Shown here one piece after another: positions 1 through 11,832 of a stretch of DNA of 64,000 bases. Below the pieces are notes generated by a model. That model worked only from the letters and a program-made list of their open reading frames with translations, was not told the DNA's origin and did no database searches. Both the position numbers and the translations under genes were made by a program. This DNA comes from Methylococcaceae bacterium UBA2780 (lineage in GTDB: Bacteria > Pseudomonadota > Gammaproteobacteria > Methylococcales > UBA2780): the NCBI GenBank assembly GCA_002352345.1, contig DEIG01000001.1, positions 13,028 to 77,027 of the forward strand, written 5' to 3'. Position 1 is the stretch's first letter. Every line of letters begins with the position of its first letter.

Positions 1-644
1 TCTATCAAGAAGGTTCCCGAACCACACATCGGATCGAATAGTGTTCCACCCTGCTCCGCTATTTTTGGCCAACCCGCTCTCAACAAAATAGCTGCAGCAA
101 GGTTTTCTTTAAGCGGTGCAGCCATTGTTTCTGCACGATAACCACGCCGATGCAAACTATCCCCAGAAAGGTCGAGACTAATCGTTGCCTCATCCCGGTA
201 AATATGAAGATTAATCCGGATATCGGGCTGCTCTCTCTCTACCGAAGGGCGCTCGCCACTCTTCTCTCTAAACTGGTCAACAACAGCATCTTTCACTTTT
301 AGCGCAGCATATTGTGAATGGCTTATTTTTGAGCTGCTTAGTTTTGCATCGATGGCAAAACTCTGGTCAACGTCAAAATGCTCCGCCCAGTCAATCGCTC
401 TCACACCGTCATACAAAGCCTCTGGGCTTTCTGCTCTGAACTTTTTGAGCGGCAATAACACTCTGTTTGCCAAGCGGCTCCACAGACAAACTCGCATGGC
501 CATCTCCAAGTCACCCTGAAAATTAACACCACCGCGCTTTTCGGTAACCGCTTCTGCACCGATCGCCTTTAATTCATCAAATAGTAATCGTTCGACACCT
601 CTTGGCGCCGTTGCGAACAACGTAAAGCTTTTCTGATTTTGCAC
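1..644 (-). CDS. rlmL: 23S rRNA methyltransferase RlmL/RlmKL, N-terminal part (the gene runs off the window edge)
   Basis: My own translation of the minus strand from the GTG at 644 reads VQNQKSFTLFATAPRGVERLLFDELKAIGAE...LWSRLANRVLLPL...LSGDSLHRRGYR...LFDPMCGSGTFLI. That is a THUMP-type N-terminus followed by the start of SAM-MTase motif I. An in-frame TAA lies 5 codons upstream of the GTG. It is absent from the ORF track because it is truncated. Confidence 0.85.
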   Translation of the reverse strand, partial: MQNQKSFTLFATAPRGVERLLFDELKAIGAEAVTEKRGGVNFQGDLEMAMRVCLWSRLANRVLLPLKKFRAESPEALYDGVRAIDWAEHFDVDQSFAIDAKLSSSKISHSQYAALKVKDAVVDQFREKSGERPSVEREQPDIRINLHIYRDEATISLDLSGDSLHRRGYRAETMAAPLKENLAAAILLRAGWPKIAEQGGTLFDPMCGSGTFLI

Positions 645-682
645 TACTGCACTACCTTATTTAATCTTGTTTTTACCGTGGT

Positions 683-1300
683 TTATTGCCACCAGCTCGT
701 TTCCAATTCATCCCGGCAACTCGCTAGCTGGCCGCGATATCGTTTTGACCGCCTGTCAACCTTCTTGGCTACCCTTACCAACCAAGGTTTTCGGTTATAA
801 GTTCTCCGCTTATAACCGCCATGCCCTTCATGATAGGCAAGGTATTGCTTACCGGCATCCCATTTTGAAATACCCAGCTTTTGACTACTGACCGACACAT
901 ACCAACCGATAAAGTCAGTTGCATCTTCAAAGTCATCACGGTCTGCGCCCCAATTACCCGTCGAATCAATATACCAATCCCAAGTGCTATCTAGTACCTG
1001 CGCATATCCGTATGCACTTGAGGGTCGACCTAGAGGAATAAACAGAAACCACTCAAAAGAGGGCTTTGCATCAGAATAGAACCTAGATTCTTGATGAATA
1101 ATCGCCATCTGCACATGAACCGGTACCCCCCATTTTTTGAACGCATCATTGGCGTCGTCGTACCAATCACTCTGATCACGGAATATCTCACAGATATTAT
1201 CCAACCGGGCTGACGGCATTGTCGCGCAACCACTCAAGAAAATCATGAAGGTGAACATGAAAACAAGCCTTGTTGAGATCACGTTTATTGGCCCTCCCAA
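683..1300 (-). CDS. Lipoprotein with an SLT-like (lytic transglycosylase-like) domain
   Basis: N-terminus ...TRLVFMFTFMIFLSGC is a signal peptide plus lipobox. IIHQESRF and SAYGYAQV resemble the catalytic E-S and AYGxxQ motifs of SLT-type transglycosylases. The start is uncertain: the track start is TTG, and a GTG at 1282 gives MISTRLVF... Confidence 0.6.
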   Translation of the reverse strand: MGGPINVISTRLVFMFTFMIFLSGCATMPSARLDNICEIFRDQSDWYDDANDAFKKWGVPVHVQMAIIHQESRFYSDAKPSFEWFLFIPLGRPSSAYGYAQVLDSTWDWYIDSTGNWGADRDDFEDATDFIGWYVSVSSQKLGISKWDAGKQYLAYHEGHGGYKRRTYNRKPWLVRVAKKVDRRSKRYRGQLASCRDELETSWWQ

Positions 1301-1307
1301 ATCACCT

Positions 1308-1847
1308 TTAGTGTTTAGCTGAGCGGTTACTTTCCCAAACCTCTATCGCTGCGACCAATTGCTCCGCAGCACTATTTAGCGAGGCAAGCGCCAAGTCACG
1401 CTTATCATTAGTGATATGCCTCCAAGCAGTCTCAATAAGCCCTTTTGCCGTCCAACCCAGCTCCGCATCAAGCGTCATTTGGTAGGCGCCTTGCAAAGCT
1501 TTCTGACACTGATTTGATGCCGCCTCATCCAACCCGGCCTGCTTGAGAACCATCACACAAGCCGCCATAGGGGCTGCTTGCAGGGCCTCTTCGTTCGTGC
1601 CTCCCGAAAGGTCAGCCCACTCTTCTCGATAATACCCAGCCAAACCCGTTACTAAATAGATCAAAGCCAACATTACCGGTAAATCAGCTTGTAATGTTGG
1701 GTCTCCCCGCCTTGCTGCCAATTCTGCCGTCACCTTAAGAGAAGGCGCGACAATCATCTGGTATTCAGTTGAGCTCAGTGCGTTTTCTTGCAGTGTATCG
1801 TCAGCCATAAACAACCTATAATCTTCAAATAGAGACATTATACCCAC
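1308..1847 (-). CDS. Hypothetical soluble helical protein (179 aa)
   Basis: A long ORF co-oriented with and 7 nt from the neighbouring gene. I recognise no motif. Confidence 0.5.
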   Translation of the reverse strand: MGIMSLFEDYRLFMADDTLQENALSSTEYQMIVAPSLKVTAELAARRGDPTLQADLPVMLALIYLVTGLAGYYREEWADLSGGTNEEALQAAPMAACVMVLKQAGLDEAASNQCQKALQGAYQMTLDAELGWTAKGLIETAWRHITNDKRDLALASLNSAAEQLVAAIEVWESNRSAKH

Positions 1848-1957
1848 AGGGCATAAATACCCACAGCAGATAAGTTTCGGTGGAATGGAAGGTAGAGTTC
1901 TTCCTCACAACTCAGTTTTATAAAACATATACTCGCGCATAAAAGATAAAATAGCTT

Positions 1958-2872
1958 GTGAATAACAACATCAAAAATTGGTTTTTGCTGGCCAGGATTC
2001 CCTTTTTCTCTCCCGCACTCCTTCCTTTTCTACTTGGCTCAATGCTTGCCGCGCAAACGACCAGCCCTTTTAATTGGCCTGTTTTAATTATTAGCCTATG
2101 CGCGGTCATCTCTATTCTGCTCGCCTGTCATTTGACTGGAGAGCTTGCCGATTTAGAGGTTGATCGGCTTTCAGCAACATTGGAACGAAACCGTTTTTCT
2201 GGTGGCAGTCAGATTCTGGTAAAAGAGCTACTTTCTCCTCATCAAGTCCAACGTGTCGCCTATCTCGCGATTGTAATCGCCGTCATACTCGGCCTAACGC
2301 TTCAATTTGCCTTTGATCGCGGCCCTCTCACCATTCCTTTAGGAGTTATCGCAATTTTCTGCGCCTGGTTTTACTCAAAACCACCGCTACGCCTTGTTGA
2401 AAGAGGGCTTGGTGAAATCATGATTGCTTTTTGTTACGGCTGGCTATCCATTACGGTCGCTTACTATCTACAGACTGGTGAATTTTCTGCTCAGGCAAAT
2501 TTGATGGCCATACCCATTGGGCTAAGCTGCTTTAATATTATTCTTATTAATGAATTTCCTGACTATCCAGCCGACCTGCAAACAGGCAAAAGAAATCTTG
2601 TTGTCCGCTTTGGAAAAGCTTTTGCCAGAAAACTTTATCTATTAGCGAATATCATCTCTTGGATAATCTTTTATCAGTTACATTCAGAAGGGCATCTGCC
2701 ACAGTTCGCTACTCTCTTCTATCTGCCCTTCTTTATTATGTCGTTAAAAGCCTCTTACCTCCTAAACTCCAGCCAAGACAAAGATCCAGAAAAGCTCGAA
2801 CAAACTTGTGGTTCCACCATTATTGTTAACCTCGGCACAACACTCACACTGATGTTAAGCCTTATAAATTAA
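1958..2872 (+). CDS. UbiA-family (MenA-like) membrane prenyltransferase
   Basis: 304 aa and highly hydrophobic, with multiple TM segments. It has Asp-rich motifs GELADLEVDR and NEFPDYPAD, as in the UbiA superfamily. GTG start. Confidence 0.75.
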   Translation: MNNNIKNWFLLARIPFFSPALLPFLLGSMLAAQTTSPFNWPVLIISLCAVISILLACHLTGELADLEVDRLSATLERNRFSGGSQILVKELLSPHQVQRVAYLAIVIAVILGLTLQFAFDRGPLTIPLGVIAIFCAWFYSKPPLRLVERGLGEIMIAFCYGWLSITVAYYLQTGEFSAQANLMAIPIGLSCFNIILINEFPDYPADLQTGKRNLVVRFGKAFARKLYLLANIISWIIFYQLHSEGHLPQFATLFYLPFFIMSLKASYLLNSSQDKDPEKLEQTCGSTIIVNLGTTLTLMLSLIN

Positions 2873-2937
2873 GGCTTCTCAGGCAGAGTAGCCCCCTTCT
2901 TAGAGTTTATTTAGATCACCAGAACAGACCAGAAAAG

Positions 2938-2965
2938 TTGACATTTAGACTGTTTTGGCTAAACT
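2938..2965 (+). promoter_or_regulatory. Candidate sigma70 promoter for oadGAB
   Basis: TTGACA (2938-2943), a 16-nt spacer, then TAAACT (2960-2965), about 35 nt upstream of the oadG ATG. Confidence 0.35.
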
Positions 2966-3000
2966 GAACGATTGGAATGTTCTAAAAAATCAAGATAATT

Positions 3001-3252
3001 ATGAATATTGAAGAATTAATTGCGCAAGGTGTAGACCTGATGCTGCTTGGAATGGGCATGGTCTTCTTCATCCTCAGTTTGCTGATCTTTATCCTAAAAG
3101 GGGTGTCAGCATTAATTCACAAATACGCGCCACATGTAGAGCCTCCTATTTCTGTACCACAAAGCGTCTCTACACCTGATAAACCAGTGACAGACCCAGA
3201 GCTGCTCACTGCCATTTCTATCGCTATTCATCGTTACCGTTCAAACAGCTAG
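3001..3252 (+). CDS. oadG: Oxaloacetate decarboxylase gamma subunit
   Basis: 83 aa with a single N-terminal TM helix (LMLLGMGMVFFILSLLIFIL), sitting directly upstream of oadA/oadB. Confidence 0.8.
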   Translation: MNIEELIAQGVDLMLLGMGMVFFILSLLIFILKGVSALIHKYAPHVEPPISVPQSVSTPDKPVTDPELLTAISIAIHRYRSNS

Positions 3253-3262
3253 GCTTTAAATT

Positions 3263-5041
3263 ATGACAAACCAACTCAAAATAACCGACGTTGTTCTGCG
3301 TGATGCACATCAGTCACTTTTTGCGACTCGGCTACGCATCGAAGATATGCTTCCTATTGCCGAGAAACTCGACAAAATTGGCTACTGGTCTCTAGAAACA
3401 TGGGGTGGAGCCACTTTTGACTCCTGCATCCGCTACTTGGGTGAAGACCCATGGGAACGCCTACGCCTACTCAAAGAGGCAATGCCAAACACACCACAAC
3501 AGATGCTATTACGCGGTCAAAACCTGTTGGGTTATCGCCATTACGCTGATGATGTTGTTGAAACTTTTGTCGAGCGTGCTGCTGAAACTGGAATGGATGT
3601 TTTTCGCGTTTTTGATGCGATGAACGATGTCCGCAATCTTGATACTGCGGTTAAAGCGGTAATCAAATCAGGCAAACATGCCCAAGGAACCATCTCTTAC
3701 ACCGACAGCCCGGTTCATACACTCGACACATGGGTCGAGATGGGTAAAAAGCTGGAAGATTTAGGCTGCCACTCGATTGCAATTAAAGATATGGCAGGGC
3801 TTCTTCGCCCCCATGATGCGGCAGAGCTTGTCTCTCGCCTAAAAGAAAGTTGCTCTATCCCGCTTGCACTTCATTCACACGCCACAACAGGAATGAGCGT
3901 TGCCACTTGCCATAAAGCCGTTGAAGCCGGCCTGGATATGCTCGATACAGCCATCTCATCAATGAGCATGACTTACGGACACTCTCCAACTGAATCCTTT
4001 GTTGCCATGCTGCAGGGAACCGATAGAGATACCGGCTTAGACCTAAACCAGCTCGAAGAGATTGCCGCCTACTTTAGAGAGGTTCGCAAAAAATATGCGC
4101 CATTTGAAGGGGCACTGAAAGGTGTGGACTCCAGAATCCTAGTTGCACAAGTTCCTGGAGGCATGTTGACCAATCTTGAGAGCCAACTCCGCGAGCAAAA
4201 TGCAGGCGACAAAATTGATGCTGTTCTAGAAGAGATTCCCAATGTCCGCAAAGATCTTGGCTATCTACCGCTGGTAACACCAACATCTCAAATTGTCGGA
4301 ACACAAGCTGTGATCAATGTTCTGACAGGCGAGCGCTACAAGACCATCACCAAAGAGACTGCTGGCGTTCTTAAAGGCGAATATGGTGCCGCACCAGCCC
4401 CCGTCAACAAGGAGCTACAAGCACGTGTTTTAGACGGCGCAGAGCCAATCACTTGCCGACCAGCCGATCTAATTGACCCAGAAATGGACAAACTTTCTGC
4501 AGCGCTTGAAGGGAAAGTGGAGAGCGACAATCTCGAGCTAGCTGAAAACAAAATTGATGATGTCTTAACCTACGCGCTATTTCCTCAGGTAGGCTTAGAT
4601 TTCATCAAAAACAGAAACAATCCCGAAGCCTTTGAACCCGTACCTACGCTCGAATCCGCTGAAGCTGCAGCGAAAAAAGAGAACACTCAATACGATGTGG
4701 TTGTGAACGGCTCGCTGTTTAACGTAGAAGTTGCGCCTGGCGGCACAATCGCTCAAGTGCTTCCCACATCTGCGTGTGCAGCACCAGCCACAAAAGTAGA
4801 AGAGACGCCTGCTGCACCCAGTGCAGATGCCAAACCACTACTATCTCCAATGGCTGGCAACATTGTCCGCATTTCTGTTGCTCCGGGCGATCAAGTTAAT
4901 GATGGCGATGTCGTTGTCATTCTTGAGGCGATGAAAATGGAAACAGAGATTCGTTGCAACCAATCTGGAACGGTTGCCCATATTTTTGCAAAAGAGGGGG
5001 AATCTGTTCCAGCAGCAGCTCCTCTTCTTCAAATCAGCTAA
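3263..5041 (+). CDS. oadA: Oxaloacetate decarboxylase alpha subunit (carboxyltransferase plus biotinyl domain)
   Basis: 592 aa. The N-terminus [13 protein letters not shown]...WGGATFD is the HMGL-like carboxyltransferase. The C-terminus has the biotin attachment motif EAMKME. Confidence 0.9.
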   Translation: MTNQLKITDVVLRDAHQSLFATRLRIEDMLPIAEKLDKIGYWSLETWGGATFDSCIRYLGEDPWERLRLLKEAMPNTPQQMLLRGQNLLGYRHYADDVVETFVERAAETGMDVFRVFDAMNDVRNLDTAVKAVIKSGKHAQGTISYTDSPVHTLDTWVEMGKKLEDLGCHSIAIKDMAGLLRPHDAAELVSRLKESCSIPLALHSHATTGMSVATCHKAVEAGLDMLDTAISSMSMTYGHSPTESFVAMLQGTDRDTGLDLNQLEEIAAYFREVRKKYAPFEGALKGVDSRILVAQVPGGMLTNLESQLREQNAGDKIDAVLEEIPNVRKDLGYLPLVTPTSQIVGTQAVINVLTGERYKTITKETAGVLKGEYGAAPAPVNKELQARVLDGAEPITCRPADLIDPEMDKLSAALEGKVESDNLELAENKIDDVLTYALFPQVGLDFIKNRNNPEAFEPVPTLESAEAAAKKENTQYDVVVNGSLFNVEVAPGGTIAQVLPTSACAAPATKVEETPAAPSADAKPLLSPMAGNIVRISVAPGDQVNDGDVVVILEAMKMETEIRCNQSGTVAHIFAKEGESVPAAAPLLQIS

Positions 5042-5052
5042 AAGGTCGCGTC

Positions 5053-6186
5053 ATGGAAAATGGTCTAATTCAGATCTGGGAATCAACCGGTTTAGCAAAC
5101 TTTACTTGGGGCCAGCTTTTAATGAGTGGCATCGGCATACTGCTTATCTATTTAGCCATTGCCAAAGAGTTTGAGCCGCTCCTTCTGATTCCTATCGGCT
5201 TTGGTGGCCTTCTTGCCAATATCCCTGTTGCTGGTATCAGTGGGCCAGATGGGTTGCTGGGAATACTCTACCATTCAGGCATTGACACAGGAATGTTTCC
5301 GCTGCTTATCTTTATGGGAGTTGGTGCGCTCACCGATTTTGGAGCCTTAATCGCCATGCCCAGTCTGCTAGCGTTGGGGGCAGCTGCACAATTTGGCATC
5401 TTTGCCACCCTGATCGGCGCACTGGCAATGAATTTCATTCCTGGCTTGGAGTTCTCCCTTTCCGATGCCGCAGCGATTGCTATCATTGGAGGTGCTGACG
5501 GGCCAACCGCCATTTTCTTAGCATCAAAGCTGGCTCCTGACCTAATGGGCGCTATCGCTGTAGCGGCCTACTCATATATGGCACTGGTTCCAATTATCCA
5601 GCCACCAATCATGCGTCTGCTAACAACACAGGAAGAGCGCAAGACACCAATGGTGCATTTACGCGATGTTTCCAAAAAGGAGCGTATTGCTTTCCCTCTC
5701 CTGCTGCTTGCTCTCGTTGCCGCCCTGTTACCAGCATCAGCCCCGCTTATTGGCATGCTCGCCTTTGGTAATCTGCTTAGAGAATGTGGCGTTGTTGACC
5801 GCCTGAGCTATGCCGCACAAAATGAATTAATTAATATGGTGACGATCTTCTTAGGTCTTGCCGTTGGCTCAAAGCTATCAGCAGATAAATTCCTGAACCC
5901 TGAAACGCTCGGCATTTTAGTGCTTGGACTGCTTGCCTTTTCTATTGGCACAGCAGCAGGTCTGCTCATGGGAAAACTGATGTACCGGCTAACAGGTGGA
6001 AAAGTGAACCCACTCATTGGTGCGGCTGGAGTTTCTGCCGTTCCCATGGCGGCCCGCGTTGCCAACAAAGTAGGGCAAGAGACCGACCCGCATAATTTCT
6101 TGCTCATGCATGCTATGGGCCCTAATGTTGCTGGGGTAATCGGATCGGCCGTTGCTGCCGGCGTATTGCTAGCCATCGTGGGCTAG
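5053..6186 (+). CDS. oadB: Oxaloacetate decarboxylase beta subunit (Na+-translocating)
   Basis: [14 protein letters not shown]...[25 protein letters not shown] is typical of OadB. The track ORF starts at 4954 inside oadA. I prefer the in-frame ATG at 5053, 12 nt after the oadA stop. Confidence 0.9.
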   Translation: MENGLIQIWESTGLANFTWGQLLMSGIGILLIYLAIAKEFEPLLLIPIGFGGLLANIPVAGISGPDGLLGILYHSGIDTGMFPLLIFMGVGALTDFGALIAMPSLLALGAAAQFGIFATLIGALAMNFIPGLEFSLSDAAAIAIIGGADGPTAIFLASKLAPDLMGAIAVAAYSYMALVPIIQPPIMRLLTTQEERKTPMVHLRDVSKKERIAFPLLLLALVAALLPASAPLIGMLAFGNLLRECGVVDRLSYAAQNELINMVTIFLGLAVGSKLSADKFLNPETLGILVLGLLAFSIGTAAGLLMGKLMYRLTGGKVNPLIGAAGVSAVPMAARVANKVGQETDPHNFLLMHAMGPNVAGVIGSAVAAGVLLAIVG

Positions 6187-6202
6187 CAATTTATTCTCTT
6201 TA

Positions 6203-6239
6203 GACTTCTGCTAGCCACTGTCTCTGGTTAGCAGAAGTC
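6203..6239. terminator. 11-bp perfect hairpin between convergent oadB and rimI (no clear U-tract)
   Basis: GACTTCTGCTA (6203-6213) pairs with TAGCAGAAGTC (6229-6239). It overlaps the rimI stop codon and has no T-run on either side. Confidence 0.35.
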
Positions 6240-6776
6240 CTTAAAAGTAGCATTGCCCTCGATTTTAAACGACATCATGAGCGCATCTTCGCGCTCTCCA
6301 GCAAGCGCCTGATAATAACTCTTACGGCGACCTATCTCTTCAAAACCAAGCCTCTCATAAAGTTTGATAGCGCCATGATTTGAAGGCCGAACCTCTAAAA
6401 AAATAGTTTCCGCCTTGTGTTCTGCTGCTACGCAGATTAGCTTCTCAACCATTTTTCGCCCATATCCGCACATATGTGCATCAGGATGGACACAGATATT
6501 TAAAATGTGCGCTTCACCTGCTGCTGCGGCTGAAACGATGCCGTAAGCAACAATTACACCAGCGCCCTCGTAAACCCAACTGCTATAACCGCTCGAAAGA
6601 CAATCACGGAAAATTCGCTCACTCCATGGGAATTGATAGACCCTGCTTTCTATCGCCATAACCCCCCAAAGATCTTCTTCATTCATTGGCCGAAATTCTG
6701 CACCCGACTTTTCTAAAGCATCCTTGAGTGAATCTTCACCTATCACCACATTTTTGAACAGATCGAAAAGTCCCAT
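6228..6776 (-). CDS. rimI: Ribosomal-protein-alanine N-acetyltransferase (GNAT)
   Basis: GNAT motifs HPDAHMCGYGRKMV (Q/RxxGxG/A-like) and LEVRPSNHGAIKLYERLGFEE. The true start may be the internal MNEEDLWGV. Confidence 0.75.
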   Translation of the reverse strand: MGLFDLFKNVVIGEDSLKDALEKSGAEFRPMNEEDLWGVMAIESRVYQFPWSERIFRDCLSSGYSSWVYEGAGVIVAYGIVSAAAAGEAHILNICVHPDAHMCGYGRKMVEKLICVAAEHKAETIFLEVRPSNHGAIKLYERLGFEEIGRRKSYYQALAGEREDALMMSFKIEGNATFKDFC

Positions 6777-7465
6777 TATCCTCGCACCTTAAGGGCAAGC
6801 TGAAGATCATCCCACGCCTTACGTTTTTCAGTTAATGATCTCAGCAAATAAGCTGGGTGATAGACTACCACTACCGGAATTTTGTCTACCCCGTAATAAT
6901 GAACCTTTCCCCTTAGCTCTTTTAAAGGCAGCTCTGTACCAAGTAGGTTTTGTGCCGCTATGCGGCCAAACGCAAGAAGAATTTTTGGTTGGACAAGCTC
7001 AACCTGTCTTTGCAGATAACCCCGACAACTCTCGCTCTCTTCGGGCTCTGGATCACGATTGTTTGGTGGACGACACTTAATGGTATTGGCAATAAAAACC
7101 GCCTCACGAGTGAGTCCTATTGCGGTCAGCATCTCTGTTAAAAGCTGGCCGGCCCTACCCACAAATGGCCTACCTTGAAGGTCCTCATCCTTGCCAGGTG
7201 CCTCGCCAACAAGCATCCATGTTGCAGATTGATCGCCCACACCGAAAACTGTCTGGGTTCGAGTTAAATGTAGTGAGCATTTTTGGCAATTCTGAACACA
7301 ATCTTTGAGCTCACTCCAACCCATCGCTGAAAGTTTTCCCGGCTCTTCACTCGATAAAGCAACCGACTCACTTGGACAGTCCTGCTGTTTGGCTATAGGC
7401 TTTTCCCTCAGAGCCCAGCCCTGAATATCCATTGCATCAAGATAGTCGAGTTTGTCCTTATTCAC
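6776..7465 (-). CDS. Uracil-DNA glycosylase, family 4
   Basis: GEAPGKDEDLQGRPFVGRAGQLL and IANTIKCRPPNNR match family-4 UDG motifs. It has a 1-nt overlap with rimI. Confidence 0.85.
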   Translation of the reverse strand: MNKDKLDYLDAMDIQGWALREKPIAKQQDCPSESVALSSEEPGKLSAMGWSELKDCVQNCQKCSLHLTRTQTVFGVGDQSATWMLVGEAPGKDEDLQGRPFVGRAGQLLTEMLTAIGLTREAVFIANTIKCRPPNNRDPEPEESESCRGYLQRQVELVQPKILLAFGRIAAQNLLGTELPLKELRGKVHYYGVDKIPVVVVYHPAYLLRSLTEKRKAWDDLQLALKVRG

Positions 7466-7476
7466 GAAAAAAGGTG

Positions 7477-8220
7477 CTACTGGTTCCGTTTGGCGCGCCG
7501 TTTTCTTAATTCAACCAGCGTTACTACAGGACCAGAGACCGCATAACCCAAGAAAATCAGAAATAAAGTGACGGAGGGTTGAATAAAAATAACCGCAAAA
7601 CCAAGCATCACCGCAATCGCCACAATAAATGGCACCTTGCCCCGGAAGTTAATCTCTTTAAAACTGCTATAGCGGAAATTACTAACCATCAACAAACCCG
7701 TTGAAATAGTTAGCACTAGCGCAAACCAACTTAATTGGCTCGTAGTCATTTCAAGATCCACAGCCACCCAAACAAAACCTGCTAATATCGCTGCTGCTGC
7801 AGGGCTTGGGAGACCTTGAAAATAACGTTTATCTGCTGATTCAATCTGCGTATTGAACCGAGCCAGCCTAAGCGCGCCACCTGCCGCATGGATAAAAGCA
7901 GCTAACCATCCTAACTTACCCAGAGGAATAAGCGCCCAAGTGTACATAACCAACGCAGGGGCAACCCCGAACGAAAGCATATCGGCCAGACTATCGTACT
8001 GCGCGCCAAATTCACTCTGTGTATTAGTCATTCTGGCGACACGGCCATCAAGACCATCTAGAACCATCGCTATGAAGATTGAGATTGCTGCCAGTTCAAA
8101 ACGACCAGCCATGGATGCAGTAATCGCATAAAAGCCGGCAAACAGTGCGGCTGTCGTAAACAGATTGGGAAGAAGGTAAATTCCCCGGCTACGCGGTTTG
8201 AGAGGGTTTGCTTTATCCAC
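7477..8220 (-). CDS. pssA: CDP-diacylglycerol--serine O-phosphatidyltransferase
   Basis: CDP-alcohol phosphatidyltransferase motif DGLDGRVAR...SLAD in a polytopic membrane protein of 247 aa. Confidence 0.85.
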   Translation of the reverse strand: MDKANPLKPRSRGIYLLPNLFTTAALFAGFYAITASMAGRFELAAISIFIAMVLDGLDGRVARMTNTQSEFGAQYDSLADMLSFGVAPALVMYTWALIPLGKLGWLAAFIHAAGGALRLARFNTQIESADKRYFQGLPSPAAAAILAGFVWVAVDLEMTTSQLSWFALVLTISTGLLMVSNFRYSSFKEINFRGKVPFIVAIAVMLGFAVIFIQPSVTLFLIFLGYAVSGPVVTLVELRKRRAKRNQ

Positions 8221-8252
8221 CAGAGTTTCCCCCTTTTTTTAAGGCTAAGAAT

Positions 8253-8293
8253 TAAAAAACCAGCCCCACACCAAATAGATATGGGGCTGGTTT
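8253..8293 (-). terminator. Rho-independent terminator downstream of ilvC
   Basis: Minus strand reads AACCAGCCCCA-loop-TGGGGCTGGTT followed by TTTTTAATT. Confidence 0.8.
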
Positions 8294-8302
8294 ATAGTGA
8301 AC

Positions 8303-9319
<1,017 letters not shown>

Positions 9320-9380
9320 CTAAAAATCCTCTTTATTAACTGTATTTACATCTAAAAATTGTAAAGCCACCACCCCCTAT

Positions 9381-9872
9381 TTAGAGGTGTAGCCCCTTCT
9401 CACCACGTGAGATTCCTGTTGCACCTGAACGAACAACCTCGAACACCGACTGCTCTTCCAAAGCCTTCAAAAAAGCATCCAATTTATCTTGAGCACCCGT
9501 CACTTCGATAATGAAACTGCTCGCTGTGACATCAATAATGCTGCCACGAAAGATCTCGGTTAGCCGCTTAACCTCTTCTCTATAACCACCCTGAGCATGA
9601 ACCTTAACAAGCATGATTTCACGCTCAATATGAGCGGACTCCGCTAGGTCAATCAGCTTGATAACATCGACCAGTTTGTTCAGCTGCTTGGTGATCTGCT
9701 CAACCACCTCATCGCTGCCTCTTGTGACCAAGGTCATACGAGACATGCTTGGATCTTCAGTTGGCGCAACGGTTAACGACTCAATATTATAACCACGTGC
9801 CGAGAAAAGTCCTGCAACACGAGAAAGTGCACCGGCCTCATTTTCCATAAGGATTGAAAGAATGTGTCGCAT
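9381..9872 (-). CDS. ilvH: Acetolactate synthase small (regulatory) subunit
   Basis: MRHILSILMENEAGALSRVAGLFSARGYNIESLTV is the ACT domain of the AHAS small subunit. Confidence 0.95.
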   Translation of the reverse strand: MRHILSILMENEAGALSRVAGLFSARGYNIESLTVAPTEDPSMSRMTLVTRGSDEVVEQITKQLNKLVDVIKLIDLAESAHIEREIMLVKVHAQGGYREEVKRLTEIFRGSIIDVTASSFIIEVTGAQDKLDAFLKALEEQSVFEVVRSGATGISRGEKGLHL

Positions 9873-9873
9873 A

Positions 9874-11604
9874 TCAGGCTAAATCCTCGTCAGTTATCAT
9901 CCCTGGGGCCAAACGCATTTCGTGATGCCCTTTGCCTGCCTCAATCATTGGGTAGACGTTTTCTGTTGGATCGGTAATAAAGTCCAAGAAGACTGTTCGA
10001 TCTTTTTGAGCAAACGCCTCTTCTAGAGCACCCCTAACATCTTCTTTCTTATCAATTCGCATTCCAACATGGCCATAGCTTTCGGCCAGTTTCATAAATT
10101 CAGGGATGGTATCCATATAAGAATGTGAATAGCGGCTTTCGTATGTGAATTCCTGCCATTGGCGGACCATTCCTAAATAGCCATTGTTCAAGTTAATGAT
10201 TTTGATCGGTGTTTTGTACTGGAGTGCCGTCGATAATTCTTGAATGCACATCTGAATACTACCTTCCCCCGTTACACAGGCGACTTCTGACTCTGGGTGA
10301 GCAAGCTTAACACCAATAGCTGCTGGCAAGCCAAACCCCATCGTCCCAAGCCCACCTGAATTAATCCAGCGGCGTGGTTTATTGAATTTATAGTATTGGG
10401 CGGCATACATTTGGTGCTGCCCCACATCTGAAGTGACGAAAGCTTCGCCGTTGGTCACTTCATACAATTGTTCGACCACATACTGCGGCTTAATTAATTT
10501 GCTCTCACGATCGTAATCTAAGCAGTTATAAGAGCGCCATTTCTCAATTCGCTCCCACCACTTACTGATAAGCTCAGGTTTTGGGGAAAACTCACCACTA
10601 TTAAGCAGCTTGAGCATCTCCTTCAGAACCCCTTTGACTTCACCAACAATTGGCACATCAACTTTCACATTCTTTGAGATCGAGGCAGGGTCGATATCGA
10701 CATGAATAATTGTCGCGTTCGGGCAGAATTCACTCAGCTTTCCCGTCACTCGGTCATCAAAACGCGCACCGATAGCGATTAATGTATCGCACTCATGCAT
10801 TGCTTTGTTGGCTTCATAAGTTCCGTGCATGCCGAGCATTCCAATAAACTGCCTCTCTGTAGCAGGATAAGAGCCAAGCCCCATAAGCGTATTGGTGATC
10901 GGAAAGCCCAATTTCTTGGTCAACGCTACAAGCTCATCAGAAGCCTCCCCGAGGACAACACCCCCACCCGTATAAAGTATTGGGCGATGTGCTCGCAACA
11001 TAAGCTCCAGTGCTTTCTTGATCTGCCCTTTATGCCCTTTTACAGAAGGATTGTAAGAGCGCATGGAAACTTTTTTCGGGTATTCGTATGAAACCAGAAC
11101 TGCTGGATCGGTTACATCTTTAGGAATATCAACTAAAACAGGGCCCGGACGACCTGTTGAGGCAATATGGAATGCCTTCTTTATTGTCTCGGCAATATCT
11201 CTAACGTCCTTCACAAGGAAGTTATGTTTAACGCATGGCCGTGTAATCCCAACTGTATCAACTTCTTGGAAAGCATCACTACCAATCATTGGCGTTGGAG
11301 TTTGTCCAGAAACAACGACCATCGGGATAGAATCCATATAGGCTGTTGCGATACCAGTCACCGCATTTGTTGCCCCAGGTCCAGACGTGACAAGCACAAC
11401 ACCCGGCTTTCCAGTAGCACGCGCATATCCATCGGCAGAGTGTGTAGCTCCCTGTTCATGGCGTACCAAAACATGCTTCACATCTTCCTGCTTAAACAAA
11501 GCATCATAGATATGAAGAACCGATCCACCTGGATAACCAAAAATGTACTCGACGCCCTCGTCCTTAAGACTTTGGACTAAAATCTCTGCCCCACTGAGCT
11601 CCAC
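9874..11604 (-). CDS. ilvI: Acetolactate synthase large subunit (ThDP-dependent)
   Basis: 576 aa, GAEILVQSLKDEGVEYIFGYPGG...GLGTMGFGLPAAIG, a ThDP-binding motif. Confidence 0.95.
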   Translation of the reverse strand: MELSGAEILVQSLKDEGVEYIFGYPGGSVLHIYDALFKQEDVKHVLVRHEQGATHSADGYARATGKPGVVLVTSGPGATNAVTGIATAYMDSIPMVVVSGQTPTPMIGSDAFQEVDTVGITRPCVKHNFLVKDVRDIAETIKKAFHIASTGRPGPVLVDIPKDVTDPAVLVSYEYPKKVSMRSYNPSVKGHKGQIKKALELMLRAHRPILYTGGGVVLGEASDELVALTKKLGFPITNTLMGLGSYPATERQFIGMLGMHGTYEANKAMHECDTLIAIGARFDDRVTGKLSEFCPNATIIHVDIDPASISKNVKVDVPIVGEVKGVLKEMLKLLNSGEFSPKPELISKWWERIEKWRSYNCLDYDRESKLIKPQYVVEQLYEVTNGEAFVTSDVGQHQMYAAQYYKFNKPRRWINSGGLGTMGFGLPAAIGVKLAHPESEVACVTGEGSIQMCIQELSTALQYKTPIKIINLNNGYLGMVRQWQEFTYESRYSHSYMDTIPEFMKLAESYGHVGMRIDKKEDVRGALEEAFAQKDRTVFLDFITDPTENVYPMIEAGKGHHEMRLAPGMITDEDLA

Positions 11605-11832
11605 GATTTACTTCCCCTGAATAAAGAGACGACGTTTCAGTAAACGCCAATATTGACAAAAAACCAAATCACCAACCAAAAATTGACCAGACAAGTTACT
11701 GATTTTCAGCCCTTTAGTCAAGAACCTTTCATATTTTTCAACTCGACCTATACTTAGTGAAGGCAAGTTAAACAGGCACTTTGGGAGTATAGTCCTAGCC
11801 CTATGCTTTTTACTAAATTATCAGGAACCACC

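Noticed and set aside
4954-5052. 5' extension of the oadB ORF containing a run of eight serines
   Set aside because: It lies inside the oadA coding region in another frame. The canonical OadB N-terminus begins at the ATG at 5053, just after the oadA stop.
3001-6186. oadGAB considered as something other than oxaloacetate decarboxylase (for example part of a carboxylase for CO2 fixation)
   Set aside because: The gamma and membrane beta subunits, together with the biotinyl alpha subunit, form the classical Na+-pump decarboxylase architecture. Substrate specificity among the related decarboxylases cannot be resolved from the sequence, but the system type is well known.
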